Source of the DNA: an uncultured delta proteobacterium
GTDB taxonomy: Bacteria; Desulfobacterota; Binatia; UBA9968
Length of the DNA: 64,000 nt
Assembly: GCA_963760795.1 (NCBI GenBank)
Contig: CAVXEP010000014.1
Coordinates: 1-64,000, forward strand
Direction of reading: 5' to 3'
Part shown: positions 20,587 through 30,525 of the stretch, piece after piece
Numbering within the stretch: position 1 is the stretch's first letter
Layout of the letters: every line of letters starts with the position of its first letter
Program-made: the position numbers and the translations under genes
The notes under the pieces: generated by a model
What the model was told of the DNA's origin: nothing
Databases searched by the model: none
The model's input: only the letters and a program-made list of their open reading frames with translations

Positions 20587-21661
20587 CTAACTGTTCTTCG
20601 CTAACTGCCGCACCGCCTCGAATGGATCGCCGCCTTTCGCCGCGGCTCGCTGTAACAGCTCGATGGTTTTGGCCAAGTCCCTGTCCGCCGATTCGTACAG
20701 TGACTCGAACAAGTCGAAATCTTTCAAATAAACGACATAGTGCATCAGCACAGCGTTATTGAGCACTTGCTGGCTGAAACCGCGGAAGCGGTGCGCCGGC
20801 CGATCGGCGATGCGTCGCGCCCATTCGGCCTTGCTGCGGGTAAATACCTCTTCGCGCAGGCGCAGTTTGTCTTGGCGCGAGAGATCGCTCTTGTACAACA
20901 CCGTCAAGTCGCGCACGACTTCAGCGACAAAGGCGCCGAACTCGCGCTCTTCGGTCCACCACTGAAGCGCGCGCTTATGTTCAACGCTGTCGGTGCCGAA
21001 CTTGGCGCGAAAAAAATCGACGGCAGCGCGATGGCCGATGAAGTTGGCGGCGCTTTCGTTGAAAGCGCTCTTCCCCGCCAGGTACAGCGTGTTGTGAAAC
21101 AGTTCGTGAAAAACGATCTCGGCGAGGCCGACTTTGTCGTACTTGAGCAGATGGGATAGCAGCGGATCGTCGAACCAGCCAAGCGTGCTGAACGCCGCCG
21201 AGGTGCGCAGAACGGTGTCGTAGCCGTCGGCTTTTAAGCGCTCCATTTCTGCTTCTGCGTCAGGTTTCGAGAAGTAGCCTTTGTAAGGCACGTTGCCGAC
21301 GATCAGAAACCACCAGGTGTACGGTCGCAGCTCGGTCTTGGGCGCGGCAACAACAACATAAGTCAAATCGGGGCGGTCGACGTAGGAATAGCTCGCATAA
21401 CTGCCGCCGACGTTGAACTTGAGGACATCGCGCGCATATTCGCGCACCGCTAGAACGGTTTTCAGCTTCTCCTGAGTCTCGGCGGCTGACCTCCGGCTTC
21501 TGGATGTAATCGGCAATCGATTCGCGCCGCCAGAGAATTTTCCCCTCTTCATAGGCGGCGCGTATAACGTAGACGGGCGAGCAGGCGGAAAGCAAAGCCG
21601 AAAGAACAAGGGTCAGAACGAGCAAGATACTGACAGGCAAGAGTTTATACGGCGCAAGCAC
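20587..21661 (-). CDS. putative zinc aminopeptidase lipoprotein (frameshift about 21490)
   Basis: lipobox LSAC; VPYKGYF, AFSTLGWFDDPL, HELFH, FNESAA; start approximate. Confidence 0.8.
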
Positions 21662-21848
21662 AGGCGAAATTATACCACTCCATCGCAAAAGGAAAAATCT
21701 CTCTGATCCGATACCCATCCAGGAACGCAGCGGAGGACCCCTCGTAAGCGACCTTTGCCACTTTTTGCAGGCACACCATATCAGGCGTTGGTTATCTGCT
21801 TTCGTCTTTCGCCAACTCATTCATGGTCGGCACCGTATCGTTCTTCTC

Positions 21849-22965
21849 TTACTCCCCCAATTTATACAACCGCGCCGCATTTTCCCCAAGTATCCGTTTC
21901 TTCGCTACGGCAGTCATTTCCGCCTTCTGGATCGGCGCGACGGTGTTGGGCCATTTGCTGTCGGGGTGGGGGTAGTCGGAGGCGTACATGATGCATTGGT
22001 CGCCGACGGAACTGACGACATAGGGCAAGGTTTTTTCACCGGGCTCGCAGGAGACGATCATCCGGCCGGAGGTGAAAAGATCGCTGGGCTTGGTTCTCTT
22101 TCCCAGATATCTTCCGCCGCAGCAGACCGTCGTAAATCGCCGGTTCATGCTCGCCGCGTTCGTGCAGATCGTCGAGCCGTTCGAGCCAATAGGGCAGCCA
22201 GCCGCAGCCGGTTTCCAACAAACCGAAGCGCAACTTGGGAAACAAGTCGGCAATGCCGCCGGCGATGAGCGACACCAACGCCACCGTCAGTGTCAGCGGC
22301 ATAGCGACGGCCTTGGAGCCGAAGAAGTGATCGAACAAGTCTGCGCCCACCGTCGGATACATGCCGGTGACCGTGTGGATACCGACGCCGACGTCGCATT
22401 TCTCAACTCTTTCCCAAAACGGGTAGAGATCGGGATGATCGAGGGTGCGCGTGCCGACGGTGCCGGGCACCATGACGCCGACGGCGCCTAATTGGGTCGC
22501 GGCGTATTCGACTTCGTCGGCCGCGGCAAGCGGATCTTGCAACGCGACCACCGCCGCGTAACGCAACCGGCCTTGCGACTCGGCGCAGCGGTCCGACATC
22601 CAGCGGTTGTAAGCGCGCGCTACCGCCGTGGCGAGCGCGGCGTCGTCGAAACTATTGATCGACATCAAGACGTTGGGATAGATCACCTGAACGTCGATGC
22701 CTTCCCTGTCGAGATCGGCCAAGCGTCCGGCGATATTTTCCATGCCGAAGGACTGGCAACCCGCGAGCCGGCGACTGCCGATGCTCAGCGGTGTCCCCGG
22801 TCCCCAGCCCGACGGTTTGATGATCACCCGTCCTTCGATGATGTAAACCCCGCGCCCGTCGTCCAGTTCGACATAACGCGGCCGCTTGGCGCGAAACGCC
22901 GGATCGAGATATTCGTCGAACACGACATTAGAAACATGCGTATGGCCATCGGCATCGATAATCAT
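21849..22965 (-). CDS. amidohydrolase family protein (Amidohydro_2; frameshift about 22100)
   Basis: IIDADGH, QVIYP, YNRW, ETGCGWLP, YASDYPH.D. Confidence 0.88.
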
Positions 22966-22992
22966 TCTTCGCTCCCTTCGGTCGCTGAGATC

Positions 22993-23087
22993 GTAAGGGG
23001 TAAATCGTTAGGGGTGAGGTTCGATCCGGACTCCTGACTTCCGACCTCTGATTTCTGGCTCCTTACTCCTTACCCCTCACTCCTCAC
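22993..23087. repeat. inverted 7-mer arrays (GTRAGGR / YCCTYAC)
   Basis: GTAAGGG GTAAATC GTTAGGG GTGAGGT ... TCCTTAC TCCTTAC CCCTCAC TCCTCAC; related array at 55455-55491. Confidence 0.65.
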
Positions 23088-24064
23088 TTCTTAAGTTGAT
23101 CCAGCTCCCGCACCACTTCCGTGGTCACGCTCCAGTCGACGATATCGCTGGGCTTGATAGTGCCGGCTTTTTGTTTGGTGCTGCGCAACGTGGTCTCGAT
23201 GAAATCCACCACCGCTTCGTCGGTGGTTCGGCCGGTGTCGCGGAAGGATTTCACCATCTGCGTGATCGAAAGGCGCGCTTCCTTGTCATTTAAATTGAGA
23301 AACTGCTTGGCGAACGCCTCGGCTTCGCCGCGGTTGGCAGCGATGTAGCGGCGGATGCGTTCCAGGCCGCGCACGATCGCTTTCACCTCGGCGCGGTCCT
23401 GCGCCAGTTTTTTCTTGCTCGTCGCCAGGCCGGAGAACGGCATATCGAAAATCTCCGACGAATCGAACAAGCGGTTGGCGCCCTCCAGCTCGGCCTTGAT
23501 GTCGTAGGGCGGCCCCAAGATCGCGCTGTCGATGGTGCCGGCGGTGAGCGCGGAATAAAGTGTCCGGCTATCGCCGATCTGCAGCAGCGTCACCTGCTTT
23601 TCGGCATCGAGTCCGTGATGCTTGAGTATCAATCGAGCCGCCAGATCATAGGCGCCGCCGAACACGCTGATACCCACCGTCTTGCCCTTCAGATCGGCGA
23701 CCTGTTTGTACTTGGCCTGAGAGACTAAGTACATCTGCGCCTTGAACATCGAGTAGATGCCGATCACCGGCGCGCCGGCGATGGCGGCGCGCAGCGTGCC
23801 GCCCATGGCCGCGGAGTAATCGACGTCGCCGCTCATCAGCCCCTTGGCGGCGATGCTGGTCGACATGTAAATCATCTTCACGTCCAAGTTGGCTTCCTTG
23901 AAAAATCCCTTGCGGCTCGCCCAGGCGAACGGCATCTCGGCGATGGTCCGCCCGGAGTAGCCGATCACCGCGTCGCGCGCCTGCGTGTCATGGGAAAGCC
24001 CGAGCAACAAGACAAGAATGATGAGGAGCAGATCTCTTTGAGAACGAAAGCATGACACCTCCAA
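23084..24064 (-). CDS. ABC substrate-binding protein, NMT1/SsuA-like
   Basis: signal peptide; GFFKEANLDV, DLKGKTVGIS, DIVDWS. Confidence 0.85.
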   Translation of the reverse strand: MEVSCFRSQRDLLLIILVLLLGLSHDTQARDAVIGYSGRTIAEMPFAWASRKGFFKEANLDVKMIYMSTSIAAKGLMSGDVDYSAAMGGTLRAAIAGAPVIGIYSMFKAQMYLVSQAKYKQVADLKGKTVGISVFGGAYDLAARLILKHHGLDAEKQVTLLQIGDSRTLYSALTAGTIDSAILGPPYDIKAELEGANRLFDSSEIFDMPFSGLATSKKKLAQDRAEVKAIVRGLERIRRYIAANRGEAEAFAKQFLNLNDKEARLSITQMVKSFRDTGRTTDEAVVDFIETTLRSTKQKAGTIKPSDIVDWSVTTEVVRELDQLKK

Positions 24065-24099
24065 TGAGTAGTAGGTTACCGAATAATCTTCTCGGAGTC

Positions 24100-24230
24100 C
24101 TTCGACAAGTTCAGGACGATCGGCAATAGTCCTGAATTGACAAAAACCAGCCGTTCATGCTGACACCTCGACAGCTCGGGACAAAGGCTGTCGAGGGTGC
24201 CTGCCCTGAGGCCCCCTGAAGGGTCGAACC
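24100..24230. repeat. CTTCGAC..CTCAG-family palindromic element
   Basis: CTTCGACAAGTTCAGGACGATCGG...CCGTTCATGCTGA...GTCGAA; related copy about 26080-26160. Confidence 0.55.
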
Positions 24231-24343
24231 GTTCCAAGCTCCACTCATTTAGCAAACGGCCTGACAAGACTGCAAACCAAATCGCCGACGCGAGAGCGGC
24301 GCTGCAGCGATTGCCAAACCGTTGAATGATTCCACACTTCGCC

Positions 24344-24373
24344 TTGACAGTGGAAAAACCTCCCGTATAAGAT
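24344..24373 (+). promoter_or_regulatory. sigma70-like promoter
   Basis: TTGACA-N18-TAAGAT upstream of ATG 24466. Confidence 0.5.
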
Positions 24374-24465
24374 CGCGCCAACAAGAAAATTGGCATCGCA
24401 CTGAAAAACACTCTGATCGGTTCATTGCCAAGTATGCCTTTTAAAAAGTCGACGAAAGGAAAATC

Positions 24466-25620
24466 ATGACGAACCTCAGTGGCAAATGCGCCATCGTAGG
24501 AATGGGCGAGACCGTGGTGGGAAAGCGTCCCGACGCCACCACCAACTCGCTCCATCTTGAAGCGATCAAGGCCTGCCTCGACGACGCTGGCATCAAAGCA
24601 TCCCAGGTCGACGGCCTGTTGACCAACCAACCGCTCAACGACGCGCACCGCAGTTACGCCACCAAGCTCTCGCATATGGCCGGCATCGATCCGCTGTTCG
24701 CCACCGATCTCGCGCTCGGCGGCGCGACGCCCATCGCCATGGTCCAGCATGCGGCGATGGCGATCGAAGCCGGCATGGCGACCACCGTCGTCTGCGTCCA
24801 TGCGCGCAAGCGCTCCACCGCCGATCCGACGCCCGGTCATCCGATCCGGCGCGGCGACGAGCATTGGGAGGAGCCCTGGGGCCACTTCGCCGCCGCCGGC
24901 GGCCACGCCTTTGCGGCGCAGCGCCACATGTATGAGTTCGGCACCACCAGCGAAGACCTCGCCCATGTCGCGGTGTCGACGCGCTACCACGCGAGCCTCA
25001 ACAAGAACGCCACGCTGCGCAAACCCATGACCATCGAGGAGCACCAGCAGTCGCGCATGATCGTCGCGCCGCTGCGCTTGTTCGATTGCTCGCTGGAATC
25101 CGACGGCGGCGGCGCCGTGTTGGTGACCAGCGCCGAGCGGGCGCGGGATTTCCCCAAGAAAGCGGTGGCGATCTTGGGCATGGGGCAGCATCACCCGCAC
25201 TTCAGCCTGCTCGATGCGCCGACGCTGACGACTCTCGGCGGCAAGAAATCTTCTGAGGCGGCTTACCGCATGGCGGGGATGAAACCTAAAGATATGCAGT
25301 TCGCGCAGATCTACGATTGTTTCACGATCACGGCGATGATCACGCTGGAAGATTACGGCTTCTGTAAAAAAGGCGAAGGCAAGGACTTCGTCAAGAACGG
25401 ACGGATTACTCTCGGCGGCCAACTGCCGCTCAACACCCACGGCGGCTTGTTATCGCAAGCCCATCTTGAAGGCCAGCTGCACATCACCGAGGCGGTCAAA
25501 CAACTGCGCGGCAACGAAGTCGAGCCGGAACGGCAGGTGGCAAACGCTAAAGTCGGCATCGTCAGCGGCCATGGCGGCAGCCTTTCTATGCATGCAACGA
25601 TGATCTTGGGGGCATTATGA
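24466..25620 (+). CDS. thiolase-fold protein, SCP-x/Ltp2-like
   Basis: AIVGMGET, PLRLFDC...DGG.A, IYDCFT, LNTHGGLLS; no Cys at the nucleophile position (LGGATP). Confidence 0.88.
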   Translation: MTNLSGKCAIVGMGETVVGKRPDATTNSLHLEAIKACLDDAGIKASQVDGLLTNQPLNDAHRSYATKLSHMAGIDPLFATDLALGGATPIAMVQHAAMAIEAGMATTVVCVHARKRSTADPTPGHPIRRGDEHWEEPWGHFAAAGGHAFAAQRHMYEFGTTSEDLAHVAVSTRYHASLNKNATLRKPMTIEEHQQSRMIVAPLRLFDCSLESDGGGAVLVTSAERARDFPKKAVAILGMGQHHPHFSLLDAPTLTTLGGKKSSEAAYRMAGMKPKDMQFAQIYDCFTITAMITLEDYGFCKKGEGKDFVKNGRITLGGQLPLNTHGGLLSQAHLEGQLHITEAVKQLRGNEVEPERQVANAKVGIVSGHGGSLSMHATMILGAL

Positions 25621-26048
25621 GCAAAGACGAACGCGGGCGCGCCGCGCGCCGAGGACAACCCTATCTCGAAGAGCCTGACGCCAAACCGTTTTGGGCCAAT
25701 TTGCGGGAACACAAACTAACCGCCCAACGCTGCTCGTCATGCCAGAAAATATTTGGCTTCCCGCCGCAGTCGCACTGTCCGCATTGCCTGGCGAACGACT
25801 ATGAATGGGTGCCACTGAGCGGCAAGGGAACAATCTATTCCCATATCGCCTACCACCGCGCTTGGCATCCGGCGTACCAGGACAAGGTTCCCTACAACGT
25901 GTCGCTGGTCGACCTCGACGAAGGCGGACGGCTGGTGACCAACGTGGTCGGCTGCCCACCGGAAGAAGTCAAGATCGGCATGAACGTCGAAGTGATCTTC
26001 GAGGACCTGCCGGACTATACGCTGCCGAAGTTTCAGCCGGTGAAATGA
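25617..26048 (+). CDS. DUF35 Zn-ribbon/OB-fold protein
   Basis: PFW, QRCSSC..PP...CPHC, SGKGTIYS, VPY...LVDLDEG; ATGA overlap with the thiolase-fold gene. Confidence 0.92.
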   Translation: MSKDERGRAARRGQPYLEEPDAKPFWANLREHKLTAQRCSSCQKIFGFPPQSHCPHCLANDYEWVPLSGKGTIYSHIAYHRAWHPAYQDKVPYNVSLVDLDEGGRLVTNVVGCPPEEVKIGMNVEVIFEDLPDYTLPKFQPVK

Positions 26049-26079
26049 GCCGAGTGGATTGCAGAAAAAAGTTCGGAAC

Positions 26080-26295
26080 GCATCGACAGCCTCAGCATGA
26101 TCGGAAAATCCACAAGGACATCAAAACCCTCCGTTCGTCCTGAGCATTGTCGAAGAATTCCGAGAGAGATTTTCAGCATCCTGAATGCTGGTTCAGCTGG
26201 TCTAGATTCCCTCTCGGAGTTTATCCCGGCGCAGCCGCAGGATTCGGGATGACGGCAACTCGCGATCTGTCATTTCGAGCGCAGCGAGAAATCTT
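26080..26295. repeat. composite REP-like region between convergent genes
   Basis: TCGACAGCCTCAGCATGATCGG...CCGTTCGTCCTGAGCATTGTCGAAG followed by GGGATGAC/TGTCATTTCGAGCGCAGCGAGAAATCT. Confidence 0.5.
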
Positions 26296-26354
26296 TCTTA
26301 CTGCCTGCAATCAAGTGGAACTCAATCTCAACCATGAACCCCATTGACGCAGGC

Positions 26355-27440
26355 TTACTTTCTCTCCTGCTCGATAAATTGCCTGATGAATTTGGCTAAG
26401 TCAGGAGAAATCCCCGTGGCGCGTTGATAAAGCCGTTCGCCGCTCGCGCCCATTTCAAACCTCGGGCGAAAGCGCATCACCTTCACCGCATCGGCGAGAT
26501 ATTCTTCGTCCTTCGATAGCGACGCAGCGGCTTGCTTCAGCGCGGCTACCGCCTCCTTGGGCGCGCCGGGCGGCAGTAATATCGCCCGGGTCATGTTGGT
26601 GCCGGCGATGTTGGCCGCCTTCAAAGCTTCGTACTTGATGCCGGAAGGCGGCTTGCCCAAGACTTGCGTGTAAAATTTCGTGAACGACAGCAGCTCTGGA
26701 ACATCCGGACTATCGGCGACACCGCCGTCAGCATCGATCAAGTCCGCGTGGTACAGCGCCGTCACTTGGCCGGGTTTTACCATGTTGGGCTCCACCTGCG
26801 ATCGGTACGCCGGCAGGGTTTCGTCATGATACTGCACTTCGTTGCGCTGCACCGCCAATCGGGCGTCGGCGCTGGAGTTGTAACCGGTCACATAGTCGTA
26901 CTGCAAACCGAGAAGATCGAACGATAGTCGAAACGCCACGTCCTTGAAACTATCGTTGCTCAGGCCGCCGGCTTTGAACCGTTGGGCCTTTAGAAGATCG
27001 CCGGGCTTCTTGATGCCGGGAGCGACATCCGAGCGAATATAAGACACGGTGACTCCCTGGATTCCCGAAATGAAAGCGTATTTCGACAGGTCGGTACGCA
27101 GCGCGGGGTTTTTCACCTGCTGATGAAACAGCGCGCCGGTGAAGTAGCCCATGGTCAGCCCGTCGGCTTTGGCGACTTGTCCCAAGAAGTTGGTGCCAAT
27201 GATGCCGCCCGCGCCAGAAATATTTTGCACGATGACATTCGGTTGTCCCGCCACATGTCTGCCAAGATGGCGCGCCAAGAGCCGGCCCTCGACATCGGTG
27301 GGCCCGCCGGCGGCATAATTGATCAAAACGATGAGGGTCTTGCCCTCGTAGAAGGGTTTCTCGGCGGCTAAACTTTGCGTAACCCACGCAATGTAAACGC
27401 CGATAACCAACAAGCGAAGACGTAATGAATGATGCTTCAT
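26355..27440 (-). CDS. Bug/TctC-family tripartite tricarboxylate transporter substrate-binding protein
   Basis: FYEGKT...YAAGG.TD..GR; QNISGAGG..G.N; DGLT; LPPGAP. Confidence 0.85.
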   Translation of the reverse strand: MKHHSLRLRLLVIGVYIAWVTQSLAAEKPFYEGKTLIVLINYAAGGPTDVEGRLLARHLGRHVAGQPNVIVQNISGAGGIIGTNFLGQVAKADGLTMGYFTGALFHQQVKNPALRTDLSKYAFISGIQGVTVSYIRSDVAPGIKKPGDLLKAQRFKAGGLSNDSFKDVAFRLSFDLLGLQYDYVTGYNSSADARLAVQRNEVQYHDETLPAYRSQVEPNMVKPGQVTALYHADLIDADGGVADSPDVPELLSFTKFYTQVLGKPPSGIKYEALKAANIAGTNMTRAILLPPGAPKEAVAALKQAAASLSKDEEYLADAVKVMRFRPRFEMGASGERLYQRATGISPDLAKFIRQFIEQERK

Positions 27441-27486
27441 TCCCTACTCCTCTTTTTTACGGGATCAATTCCCCGCAGCTCGCAGT

Positions 27487-28554
27487 TTATCGCACAGGCA
27501 GCGGCTCGACACCGGAGAACTTCTTCAACAAATCGACGACCTCGGCATCGCGAGGCATTTCCTGAATCACTTTGGCAAGCTCTTCGGGCATCAGCGGTGA
27601 AGCATCGTCGTTGGCGAGCTTCTTGAACTCAGCGCGAAACTCGGGATCCTTGAACACTTTGCGCATGGCGTCTTGCAGGATCTCCACGCGATCCTTCGGC
27701 GTCCCCGGCGGCAACACGAACGGCGACGTCGCCGTTCGAAAGCTGCGCCACATGGTCAGCAGCTTTCGCTCTCTATCGGTTTTGGCGAAACTCTCGATCT
27801 CCGGCAGTTGCGCCAGGCGCGGGTGCGGTGGCTTGTCGTCTTTCGGCACGGCGATGATCGCGTGAAAATCCATAATGCCCTTGTCGATCCAGTCGCGATT
27901 GCGGGTCAGGACCGAAGTCACGTTATTCGAGCGCGAATCGATCTCGCCGTTGCGCAACGCCACGTCCGCTTCCAGCGAACTATAGCCGGTGACGAACTTA
28001 GGCGCTTTAATATCGAGAAAGTACGCGAACAGCCGAGCCGAAACATACGCCACCGCGCCCACCTCCTGGGCGCCGAGGCGAAGCCCGCTCGCCGCGCGCA
28101 GCTTGTCCAGTGAATTGAGACCCAACTCCCGCCGCGTGTAGATGACGTTATGGTTCTCGCTCACCGGCGTGCCGAGATAGATAAACTTGTCGATATCATA
28201 CATGACACCGGTCTCTTTCATGACCTGAAGGCCGATCATCGCGCTGCTGAGCGCGCCGACGGTCAGACCGTCCGGCTTGGCGTTTTGAAAAACCTGGTTG
28301 GCCGCCCGGCGTCCGCCGCCGCCTTCGACGAACTCGATAAGCAACGTTGGATTGCCAGGAATATATTTGCGCAGGTAGGTCATCACGACCTTGACCCGCA
28401 GCCCCGCGGTGCCGCCGGGGTCGTTATTGATGATCTTGATTGTCTTGCCCTGAAAAAATGGCGCTTGGGAATGAACCGATGGCGGAGCAACCGCAAGCAG
28501 ATACAAGATGCCGAAAAAGAATGTCGGAAACATTTTTTTCGATCTCATGCACAC
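27487..28554 (-). CDS. Bug/TctC-family substrate-binding protein
   Basis: FFQGKTI, IPGNP, KPDGLT, LPPGTPKDRVEIL. Confidence 0.85.
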   Translation of the reverse strand: MCMRSKKMFPTFFFGILYLLAVAPPSVHSQAPFFQGKTIKIINNDPGGTAGLRVKVVMTYLRKYIPGNPTLLIEFVEGGGGRRAANQVFQNAKPDGLTVGALSSAMIGLQVMKETGVMYDIDKFIYLGTPVSENHNVIYTRRELGLNSLDKLRAASGLRLGAQEVGAVAYVSARLFAYFLDIKAPKFVTGYSSLEADVALRNGEIDSRSNNVTSVLTRNRDWIDKGIMDFHAIIAVPKDDKPPHPRLAQLPEIESFAKTDRERKLLTMWRSFRTATSPFVLPPGTPKDRVEILQDAMRKVFKDPEFRAEFKKLANDDASPLMPEELAKVIQEMPRDAEVVDLLKKFSGVEPLPVR

Positions 28555-28650
28555 CTCCGGGATTCAAGAATCATCTGAATCATCACGGGTCAACCAGCCT
28601 CACCGGACAAAGCCAGTCGCTCCGGTGGATTATCGAGACGATGGGTTCGA

Positions 28651-29667
28651 CTATCTTCCGCCGTACAACTTGGCTATGAAACCCTCGCCTTCCAGCTCGC
28701 CGATCAGACTACGGTCGATAAAATCTTCCGCCCTCAGTTGGCCGGCCTGGGGGACCGTGGCAGCGAGTTGTTTCAACGCCACGGCCATTACCTTTGCGTC
28801 CGGTGCGGGAATCTTCTCTTGCACGTCTTTGTAAACCTCAAAGGTTCGGTCGAGGATATCGCGGTCGGCCGTCTTGAGAAATTTTTGCAGCACTCTGACG
28901 GTGAGCCCTTTGTCAGTGCGCGCCGTCTTGATACCCTCGATCCAGCCGCGCAAAAATCTTTTCAGCACTTCGCGCTTCGCCTGAACAAACGCTTTGCTCA
29001 CCACGATGGTGCTGCCGGGATATTGAATCGGCAGCTGGCTAAGATCGATCACCGTATGGAAGCCCAACTTTTCTGCGTGAAACGCCGTGTCGCCGGTAAG
29101 GATCGCGCCGTCCACGGCGCCCGCTTTCAACGCGCCGAGCCTTTCGGGAAGACCGCCGGTCTGCATGATCGCGACATCGCGGTCGGGAGTTAAGTTGAAG
29201 TGACGCAACGCATCCCGCAGCACTAAATCGGAGAGCGATCCGTAGCGGTCGCTACCCACCCGTTTGCCTTTCAGATCCTCCGGTTTCTTGATCGCCCCGC
29301 GGCTCATGACGACATGGAGTAGGCGATTGGAAGTCACACCCACCGCCACCAGCTCGGCGCCGCGCGCCCAGGCGGTGAGGGCGGGGGCTGAACTCATGTT
29401 GGCGATCTCCACCTGCCCGGATAACAGCGCCGGCACGATGATTGACCCCGCGGAGATATAAACCGGCTGGATTTCCAGGCCGTATTTTTTGAAATAACCG
29501 GCCTGCTCGGCAATCCACAGTGGCGCATAGGTCGGTGACAGCGCCGCATAGGGCACTTTCATGCTCTGCGCAAAGAGCGACGGCGGCGCGGAAACAAACA
29601 GGTATGAAACCAGAACGGTGAGTAATTCGAGCTTGCGTCGCGGCCCCATGATCGATCGAGCTTTCAA
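28651..29667 (-). CDS. ABC substrate-binding protein, NMT1/SsuA-like
   Basis: PLWIA..GYFKKYGL, DLKGKRVG, FIDRSLI.EL..EGF. Confidence 0.87.
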   Translation of the reverse strand: MKARSIMGPRRKLELLTVLVSYLFVSAPPSLFAQSMKVPYAALSPTYAPLWIAEQAGYFKKYGLEIQPVYISAGSIIVPALLSGQVEIANMSSAPALTAWARGAELVAVGVTSNRLLHVVMSRGAIKKPEDLKGKRVGSDRYGSLSDLVLRDALRHFNLTPDRDVAIMQTGGLPERLGALKAGAVDGAILTGDTAFHAEKLGFHTVIDLSQLPIQYPGSTIVVSKAFVQAKREVLKRFLRGWIEGIKTARTDKGLTVRVLQKFLKTADRDILDRTFEVYKDVQEKIPAPDAKVMAVALKQLAATVPQAGQLRAEDFIDRSLIGELEGEGFIAKLYGGR

Positions 29668-30308
29668 GCCCCGGCAGTCCTAAGCTGCGCGACTGGCGCG
29701 TCTACGAATAATTGCAGCTGGTCGGATCGCGACACCGTCACGTTGAAGTTGTACGCGTTGGAGCGGAACTGCGCCAACGCGAAAGGCTGGGAGTGCGCGG
29801 CGACGCCGTGGATGCAGTCTTCCGGCACGATCGTGTAATAATTGCGGATGTGAAATCCGATCACCGCGTGATAGACGCAGTTGCTCGAACCGATGCCGGT
29901 GACGATCACCGTGTCACGGCAGGCGCGCAGGTCAAGCTTGTCGAGCACCGTCTCCATGCTCGTCTTGTAGAAACAGTCGTGCGAAGTCTTCTGCACCACC
30001 GTCTCGCCCGGCAGCGGTCTTAATTCCTCGACGAAATCGGCGCCCGGGCTGCCCAAGATCAAACCATAGGGCCGGCCGAATACGGTAAACTCCGGATGAT
30101 CCTTGGTCCGCACCGATTGGACATGAATGATCTTGCCGTTAATCGCGCGGAAGCGGTCGAGCAAGGCGCGAATATTGGCGATGACCGGTTTCATCTCTGG
30201 GCCATGGCGTTCGCAGCCTTCCACTTGCATGTCGACGATCACCAATCCGGTGGATTCGGGATTTAAATCGATCATTTCTTCGATCCTCCTGGCGCGCTCT
30301 ACGGACAA
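29664..30308 (-). CDS. isochorismatase-family cysteine hydrolase
   Basis: Asp-Lys-Cys triad: VIVDMQ, VQKTSH, TGIGSSNCV; start uncertain. Confidence 0.85.
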   Translation of the reverse strand: MSVERARRIEEMIDLNPESTGLVIVDMQVEGCERHGPEMKPVIANIRALLDRFRAINGKIIHVQSVRTKDHPEFTVFGRPYGLILGSPGADFVEELRPLPGETVVQKTSHDCFYKTSMETVLDKLDLRACRDTVIVTGIGSSNCVYHAVIGFHIRNYYTIVPEDCIHGVAAHSQPFALAQFRSNAYNFNVTVSRSDQLQLFVDAPVAQLRTAGA

Positions 30309-30320
30309 TCTGTCTTGAAA

Positions 30321-30461
30321 CTATTCCACAGCCGGGTCCGTGTCGACGGCGCCCACCGCTTCGAGCCAAGGCCGCGTCAAACCGAAGCGGGCGACCTCGC
30401 AGTCAATGGCGCCGGAACCGTAGAAGATGACTTTGATTTTGTCGCTGCGCTCCGTGCTCAT
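30321..30461 (-). pseudogene. truncated N-terminus of a DapB-like/diaminopentanoate dehydrogenase-like Rossmann protein
   Basis: 46-aa ORF MSTERSDKIKVIFYGSGAIDCEVARFGLTRPWLEAVGAVDTDPAVE*, below the ORF-track cutoff. Confidence 0.5.
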
Positions 30462-30525
30462 GGCAACGCCGGGTCTCGCCAATTGAACTTCCTGGTGCGT
30501 AAAACCAACCTCAGCGCTACCAAAG

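Noticed and set aside
24076-25440. 454-aa minus-strand ORF and similar long antisense ORFs (e.g. 13717-14754, 58301-59392, 61543-62670)
   Set aside because: Shadow ORFs opposite well-supported genes in GC-rich DNA; no recognisable motifs
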